DNA of 30,417 nucleotides from Fibrobacterota bacterium. Lineage in GTDB: Bacteria; Fibrobacterota; Fibrobacteria; UBA11236. The notes beneath the pieces were generated by a model, which saw nothing but the letters and a program-made list of their open reading frames with translations, was not told the DNA's origin and made no database searches. The stretch lies in assembly GCA_043753995.1 (NCBI GenBank), contig JAYUVP010000203.1:1-30417 (forward strand). Direction: 5' to 3'. Positions within the stretch are counted from its first letter, which is position 1. The number at the start of each line of letters is the position of its first letter. A program made the position numbers and the translations under genes. Below, piece after piece: positions 25,128 to 30,417 of this stretch.

Positions 25128-26285
25128 TCAAGCTTTCACTTGATGTTTCAGTAGCAAGAGTCCCGAAAGGATTTTAGGGGCGAAGAAAGTGCTTTTTTCC
25201 GGCATCACGATTTCGGAATTGCTGAGACCCGCATTGGCGACGTCCATCAATTCCTCCACGGAAACAGGATGCAAGGCCACAGCCAAATTGTATTCGCCCT
25301 TGTCGACCAAGGCCTGCATGGCAGGTAATTCATGTTCGGCATAATAATCGAAATGCTTTTTCTGCAAAACCATGTCGTGGTTCACGCCGAGAACCGGGTA
25401 AAGTTCATGCTCCAGTACGGAGCAGTCGAGGCGGCCCACCACGTCTTGCGGCACATTCTGCGCGCGCAGCAAAAAGGCGCCTTCACGGGTATAGAGGGCG
25501 AAGGCATGTTTCGGCGGCGTGGTGAATGCGGTCATCGGTTCCAGTTTGAGCTGGTTGCGAATCGCCTGAAAAGAAACCGTGCCATTGATGACGCGATTGT
25601 AAGCGAGGATGCGCGCCTTTTCGACGATATAAGCCATAGCCTTGTCATGGCCGCCTAATAAGGCAGCGTGATAACGGTGATGGCCATCGGCGATATAGAG
25701 GGGATTAGTTGCAATGGCCTGCTTGAGGCTGACCCCTTCGGCTGAGTTTTCCGGAACGCGCCAGACCCGGCTGCGAATGCCATGCAAATCATTCAAGCCA
25801 CCGAAATCGCTGTTTAAGGAATAGAGCGGAGTTGCACTATCGCGCACCTTTTCCAGCAAGGCTTGAATCGGCGATTGCGTGAGCAGGAAAATGGGCTCCA
25901 AGGTGAAGCCGGTTTTGCGCATGGCCTCGATGCGGCCCTTTACTTTTTCATCAAAGGTTTTTTCATGCCGTATCACCTGCCTATCGGCATAGGGGGAAAC
26001 GTCAACCGCGGCGAACATGCCTAGACGGCTGCCGCCCTGCCATATTTGTTCATAAACATAGAGGCAGGGCTCGGCATCCTCGATGAGCAGGCCTTTTTGC
26101 CGCAATGCCGCCAACGCCTTGGCCGGGTCTTGGCCGAGTATGACGTGAAAGTAGGAGTCGGTATTGGCGCTCAGTTTTGCTTCTAGGGCCGATCCTTCCT
26201 TGATCACGTCATAGGGCGGGGTGGAAAGGTTTTCCGCTGCGGAAGGGGCGGCGCGAAGTCCGGCTATGCCGCTGATGCTGGCCAT
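25128..26285 (-). CDS. DUF1015-family protein (ParB/Srx-like fold)
   Basis: PPYDVI, RHEKT, LYIADGHHRY, YNRV, MPEKSTFFAPKILSGL. Confidence 0.92.
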   Translation of the reverse strand: MASISGIAGLRAAPSAAENLSTPPYDVIKEGSALEAKLSANTDSYFHVILGQDPAKALAALRQKGLLIEDAEPCLYVYEQIWQGGSRLGMFAAVDVSPYADRQVIRHEKTFDEKVKGRIEAMRKTGFTLEPIFLLTQSPIQALLEKVRDSATPLYSLNSDFGGLNDLHGIRSRVWRVPENSAEGVSLKQAIATNPLYIADGHHRYHAALLGGHDKAMAYIVEKARILAYNRVINGTVSFQAIRNQLKLEPMTAFTTPPKHAFALYTREGAFLLRAQNVPQDVVGRLDCSVLEHELYPVLGVNHDMVLQKKHFDYYAEHELPAMQALVDKGEYNLAVALHPVSVEELMDVANAGLSNSEIVMPEKSTFFAPKILSGLLLLKHQVKA

Positions 26286-26407
26286 ATTGCCTCTGGGGGG
26301 TCAAATGAAGGTGGTTTGACGGACCAAGGCCGCGAAACCGAGTTGGGAGGCAAAAAATACCAACTCGTTCCCTGCCTAAGAGCCCTCGGAGGGCTACAAT
26401 GAGAAAC

Positions 26408-26722
26408 ATGTTCTTGCTTCTCTTGCGCTGGCTGGGAATGTTTTTGGCCTTGGGCCTTTATTTGGGTGGCGTGGCCCAATGGGCTTATTTGGGGCGGTGG
26501 CGAGCTGGCGCACTTGCCGTTTTGCTGGCTTTTCCCGCCCTGCTTTTATTAAGCCAAGGCACGGTCGGCGTATGGCTTCGGGCCGCGCCCATATTCGGCG
26601 TGCTCATGTTTTTACATCACCTGCGCGGGTCTTTTTTGCGGAGCATCAGTCTGCTCTGGTATACCACCCTCACCGTGCTGGTCTCGCAAGGCTACTATGC
26701 CTGGGTTCTTTTCAAGCCTTGA
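26408..26722 (+). CDS. Small hypothetical membrane protein (about 4 TM)
   Basis: Very hydrophobic ORF; start moved from 26399 to 26408 because TACAAT (26395-26400) overlaps the first ATG. Confidence 0.65.
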   Translation: MFLLLLRWLGMFLALGLYLGGVAQWAYLGRWRAGALAVLLAFPALLLLSQGTVGVWLRAAPIFGVLMFLHHLRGSFLRSISLLWYTTLTVLVSQGYYAWVLFKP

Positions 26723-26784
26723 GTCCTTCAAAGCGGGTTTTCTTCGCGTAGTCGAGCGGAGATGATTATTTTTACGCCCCTTCC

Positions 26785-26860
26785 GCCACTTTAGCTCAGT
26801 TGGTAGAGCGGCTCATTCGTAATGAGTAGGTCATCGGTTCAAATCCGGTAAGTGGCTCCA
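26785..26860 (+). tRNA. tRNA-Thr(CGT)
   Basis: Acceptor GCCACTT/AAGTGGC, D arm GCTC/GAGC, anticodon loop TT-CGT-AA, T loop TTCAAAT, encoded CCA, 76 nt. Confidence 0.97.
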
Positions 26861-26868
26861 ATTTCCGC

Positions 26869-27951
26869 CTAATTCGCCAGGTCTTTGTCTGCGCAGGGCA
26901 GCAAAATACGGAAATGGGTTTTATCCCCTATAGATTCGCAGTGAATGCTGCCCCCGTGATCGGAAATGATTTTACGCGACAGGGCTAGGCCGAGACCCGT
27001 GCCCTTGCCCTCGGGCTTGGTGGTGAAAAAAGGCTCGAAAATGCGCTCTTGCACTTCGGGTGGGATACCGCCCGCATTGTCTTCGTATTCGATGGCAATA
27101 AAGCCGTCGACTTCACACTTAGCCTCAATCACTATCTCCTGCGGCCCTGGCGGACGCGTTTCAAAGGCATCCTTGGAATTGCCCAGCAAATTGTGAATCA
27201 CCGATTCCAAATGGGTGCGATTGCCTTGGGTCCAAAGATCGCCTTCGACCGTAACCTTGATTTCAATACCCCGATTGGTCAATTGTCTTTCTAGGAAAAG
27301 GAAGCTGTCGTCAATTAATTCGCGCACGCCGATGCGGCCCGAATCGAGGGTGGACTCACGCTTAGAATAAAGCAGCAAATGCTGGAGCACGCGCCGCATG
27401 CGCTCGACTCCACGTATTACTGATTCTGCGGCAGCCAGGGCATTGGCATTGTCGGCGGGCGCACCGGGATTGGCGAATATTTCCCTGAGGTATTCTGCAT
27501 CCAGGAGAATGCTGGCCAGGGGATTATTCATTTCATGCGCTATCCCCGCGCCGAGTGTTCCCAATACCATGAGCTTATTGGCATGGAGCAATTGTCGCTC
27601 CATCATCACCTGCTGGGCCCGGTCCAGGGAAAAGCCCATATAGCCCACAATGCTGCCATTTCGGCGGACCGGGGTAATGGTGAGATGAACATAGACTTCG
27701 GTGCCGTCGGTGGCGCGATTGATCAATTCACCGCGCCAGGTGCGTCCATCCTTGATGGTGCTCCACATGTCGCGATAGACTCTGGGGGGCGTATGGGGCG
27801 ATCGAATCAGGCGCTGATTCCTCCCGACCACATCCGCTTCGGAGGGAAAATGATAAAGCCGCAAATAGGCTTGATTGACCCGGAGAAGTTTGCCTTCGGT
27901 GTCGGTAATATTAATGGCATAATCCGCTTGGATAAAAGCTTCTTCAAGCAT
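26869..27951 (-). CDS. Cytoplasmic PAS-HisKA-HATPase sensor histidine kinase (NtrB-like)
   Basis: PAS/PAC domain, H-box AHEMNNPL, N-box [29 protein letters not shown]; no TM. Confidence 0.93.
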   Translation of the reverse strand: MLEEAFIQADYAINITDTEGKLLRVNQAYLRLYHFPSEADVVGRNQRLIRSPHTPPRVYRDMWSTIKDGRTWRGELINRATDGTEVYVHLTITPVRRNGSIVGYMGFSLDRAQQVMMERQLLHANKLMVLGTLGAGIAHEMNNPLASILLDAEYLREIFANPGAPADNANALAAAESVIRGVERMRRVLQHLLLYSKRESTLDSGRIGVRELIDDSFLFLERQLTNRGIEIKVTVEGDLWTQGNRTHLESVIHNLLGNSKDAFETRPPGPQEIVIEAKCEVDGFIAIEYEDNAGGIPPEVQERIFEPFFTTKPEGKGTGLGLALSRKIISDHGGSIHCESIGDKTHFRILLPCADKDLAN

Positions 27952-27994
27952 ACTTAAGAGGAAATAATAGTTTTACGCCGGAGACGGAAGCCCC

Positions 27995-29032
27995 ATGGAA
28001 CTTTTTCCCGAATGCGATCCGTATCATACCGGTTACCTCGACGTCCCGGGCGGGCATCGGCTTTATTTCGAAGAATGCGGCAATCCCCAAGGCGCGCCCC
28101 TGGTCTTTTTGCATGGCGGTCCCGGGGCGGGCATTTCCCCCAAACATCGGCGTTTTTTTCACCCATCCTTCTGGAGGGTGGTGCTTTTCGATCAACGCGG
28201 GGCGGGACAAAGCCGTCCCCATGCCGCGACCGAAGCCAATACCACCTGGGATTTGGTGGAGGACATCGAAAGGCTGCGCCTTCATCTCGGTATCGTGAAC
28301 TGGACGGTTTTCGGCGGCAGTTGGGGCAGCACTCTGGGGCTTTGTTATGCCATCAAGCATCGGATTCAAGTCGATGGCCTGATTCTACGGGGCATTTTTT
28401 TGGGACGCCGCCGCGAAGTCGAATGGCTTTATCAAGACGGAGCCTCGCGTTTTCATCCCGAGAGCTGGAAGGCCTATTTGGCACCTATTCCCGAGGCTGA
28501 GCGAGGTGACATGATTTCCGCCTATCACCGCCGGCTCCATGATCCGGATCCCGATATTCGTTTGCAGGCCGCCAAGGCTTGGAGCGGTTGGGAAGGCGGC
28601 CTCGCCAAGCTTATGCCCGATCCCCAAATCGTGCGAGAATTTCAGGACGAGGCCATGGCGCTTTCCATTGCTCGATTGGAATGTCACTATTGCGTGAATC
28701 GCTTTTTTCTGCCTTCCGACCCTTGGATACTTGAGCATGCCCATGTTCTCGCGGATTTGCCGGTTCGCATTGTGCAAGGGCGCTATGACATGACTTGCCC
28801 ACCCGAAAGCGCTTATGCCTTATATCAAGCCTTGCCGAATTCGGAATGGGTTCTTGTTCCCGATGCTGGGCATTCCGCTTCGGACCCAAGCCTAATGGCG
28901 GCCCTGGTTCAAGCTGCTTGGGATTTTCAACGCCACCCACCCGCCACGCCTGTTTCGGAATTCAAAGCCATGCCACCCAATGCGATGAGCCGACCCTTCG
29001 GGCCTCCTTCTCCGGGAAAGGCTGGGGCATGA
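27995..29032 (+). CDS. pip: Proline iminopeptidase
   Basis: FLHGGPG, FDQRGAG, GGSWGS, LILRGIF, QGRYDM, AGHS. Confidence 0.95.
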   Translation: MELFPECDPYHTGYLDVPGGHRLYFEECGNPQGAPLVFLHGGPGAGISPKHRRFFHPSFWRVVLFDQRGAGQSRPHAATEANTTWDLVEDIERLRLHLGIVNWTVFGGSWGSTLGLCYAIKHRIQVDGLILRGIFLGRRREVEWLYQDGASRFHPESWKAYLAPIPEAERGDMISAYHRRLHDPDPDIRLQAAKAWSGWEGGLAKLMPDPQIVREFQDEAMALSIARLECHYCVNRFFLPSDPWILEHAHVLADLPVRIVQGRYDMTCPPESAYALYQALPNSEWVLVPDAGHSASDPSLMAALVQAAWDFQRHPPATPVSEFKAMPPNAMSRPFGPPSPGKAGA

Positions 29033-29544
29033 AGTTCTTGGTTGCCTTTCCCCTGGGAATGATTGGACTCATTTGGATTTCAGGCTGTGAGGTATTCTCC
29101 ACCCAAGCTCCTCCCGAACCCTATGCGGAGGAAAAGCTTTATGGTCCCATGATCTCGGACCCGAGCTTGGTCATCGACGCCTTTCCCTTTCGCAGCGAGG
29201 CTTGCGAAGAATTATTGCCTGAGGATTGGGCCAATATGCCCGTGCCCGAAGCGGGGGAGGCCTCAGACTTCGTAGTGATTGCCACGGCCTGCTGGAAGGC
29301 CACGGTGATTGTGCAGGATAACCATCATGTGGCCATCGATACCGTTGAACAGCCCTTCGGCATTTTCAATAGGCAAGACGGAGAAAAAGACCGAGGCTAT
29401 GTCGGCCATTTGCTTTGGGATGGCCTCGTGAATAATCAAGCAGTTTCACCTGGCGAGTATGTCTGGCTTATTCGCTTTGATTTCGGACTTGGCCGAAAAT
29501 ATTTGGCCAGAGCCTTAAGGCCCTGGCCACCCACTTCGATTTAG
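29029..29544 (+). CDS. Putative lipoprotein with C-terminal FlgD-Ig-like motif
   Basis: True start is probably the ATG at 29029 (ATGA overlap with pip); lipobox-like ISG-C; WDG...VSPGEYVW. Confidence 0.7.
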   Translation: MKFLVAFPLGMIGLIWISGCEVFSTQAPPEPYAEEKLYGPMISDPSLVIDAFPFRSEACEELLPEDWANMPVPEAGEASDFVVIATACWKATVIVQDNHHVAIDTVEQPFGIFNRQDGEKDRGYVGHLLWDGLVNNQAVSPGEYVWLIRFDFGLGRKYLARALRPWPPTSI

Positions 29545-29559
29545 GTGGCGCTTTTTTTT
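29526..29559 (+). terminator. Possible intrinsic terminator
   Basis: GCCACC-N12-GGTGGC followed by gc and T8, between convergent genes. Confidence 0.45.
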
Positions 29560-29568
29560 AGAAAGGCT

Positions 29569-30417
29569 TTATTCAGGCCGAATGATTTCGACCGTGCAGG
29601 GAGCATGCACCACCAAGTCGGTGGAGACGCTACCAAGGAAAAACCTTTGCACGGAATTGAGGCCGCGACTACCCAGAAATAAGCAATGCGGCTTCCAACG
29701 TATGGCCTCTTGCAGCAACACTTCGCGGGCATCGCCTTCCATGACCGAAGTGGTAACGCTCAAACCGGTTTTAGCCAGCGCGGCTTCGGCGCTTTCAATC
29801 AAGAGCTGCAACCAACCTTCGGCCTTTACGTCTTTCCGGGGCTTAGGCAGACGCGTGATGGTCGCCCCGGCCAGGCGCATGCGTTCGTCGACGGCGGTAA
29901 CCAAAAGCACCTTGGTGCCCTTGGGCCATTTGCGTGAGGCAATGGCATCGATGGCGGCGCGTGAATCCTGAGAACCATCGACGCCAGCCATGAGTTTGGG
30001 GGCTACCGCCGATCCTTTTCTCATGCGCGTGATGCGCATGCCGCCAGAAGCATGGTGCATTACTTTCAAGGAAACACTACCTAGCAAGAGGCGTCCCAAG
30101 GCGCCGTGGCCATGTGAGCCGAGCACGATCAAGTCGGGCTTGAATTTTTCGGCAAAAGCCAGAATGCCATTGGCGGGGTGATCCACGATGGCTTCGCAGC
30201 TGGTTTTCCAGGTGGGAAAAAGAGCTTTCAGGGAGGCCTGGGCTTTAACTGCCAAAGCCTTGGCGGCTTGCTGCGCAGACTTGCTTTGGACGCGTACGGC
30301 TTCATAGGCTTGGGCATACCAGCCTTCAGCCATACCTACGCTCAAATCCGCGGGGGGCACCCATAAATCTGCTATGGTCAAAATTTTGGCTTCGCAGCGA
30401 TCGGGCAAGCCTGCCAG
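29569..30417 (-). CDS. Tandem universal stress protein (5' end outside the window)
   Basis: DLIVLGSHGHG...LLGSVS, AGVDGS, LFLGSRG...FLGSVS...HAPCTVEIIR; frame is open to the window edge. Confidence 0.92.
   Translation of the reverse strand: MAGLPDRCEAKILTIADLWVPPADLSVGMAEGWYAQAYEAVRVQSKSAQQAAKALAVKAQASLKALFPTWKTSCEAIVDHPANGILAFAEKFKPDLIVLGSHGHGALGRLLLGSVSLKVMHHASGGMRITRMRKGSAVAPKLMAGVDGSQDSRAAIDAIASRKWPKGTKVLLVTAVDERMRLAGATITRLPKPRKDVKAEGWLQLLIESAEAALAKTGLSVTTSVMEGDAREVLLQEAIRWKPHCLFLGSRGLNSVQRFFLGSVSTDLVVHAPCTVEIIRPE

Noticed and set aside
26785..26870. tRNA-anchored genomic island
   Set aside because: No integrase, no repeat of the tRNA 3' end seen in the window, and flanking genes are ordinary
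28795..29028. 5' extension of the 249-aa ORF and the many overlapping or antisense ORFs in the track
   Set aside because: Shadow frames of well-supported genes with no motifs; the lipoprotein signal begins at 29029

Overview
Bacterial chromosomal window of moderate-to-high GC. The taxon cannot be established; gene order and content resemble spirochete-, Firmicute- or Fibrobacterota-type flagellar loci (inference). The core, 6.3-24.9 kb on the minus strand, is a flagellar cluster: MotE/FlbB-like gene, fliK, flgD, flgE, flbD, fliL, fliM, fliY/N, fliO, fliP, fliQ, fliR, flhB, flhA, flhF, a small membrane ORF, fliA and an HDOD protein. motA/motB and flhG are missing from their usual slots. Flanking genes are YceI, an MFS transporter, dusA, a GGDEF protein, an MDR oxidoreductase, DUF1015, tRNA-Thr(CGT), a PAS histidine kinase, pip, a lipoprotein and a tandem USP. 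No integrase, transposase or CRISPR array is visible. The best signals are non-coding: (i) a near-consensus sigma28 promoter antisense inside the flhA leader, facing a sigma54 promoter, suggesting FliA feedback; (ii) a full sigma54/IHF/enhancer architecture upstream of the hook operon; (iii) a three-way-junction RNA after flgE; (iv) inverted heptamer arrays between fliQ and fliR; (v) a 13-bp inverted repeat bracketing DUF1015; (vi) several apparently leaderless genes. All regulatory calls were made by eye and are untested.
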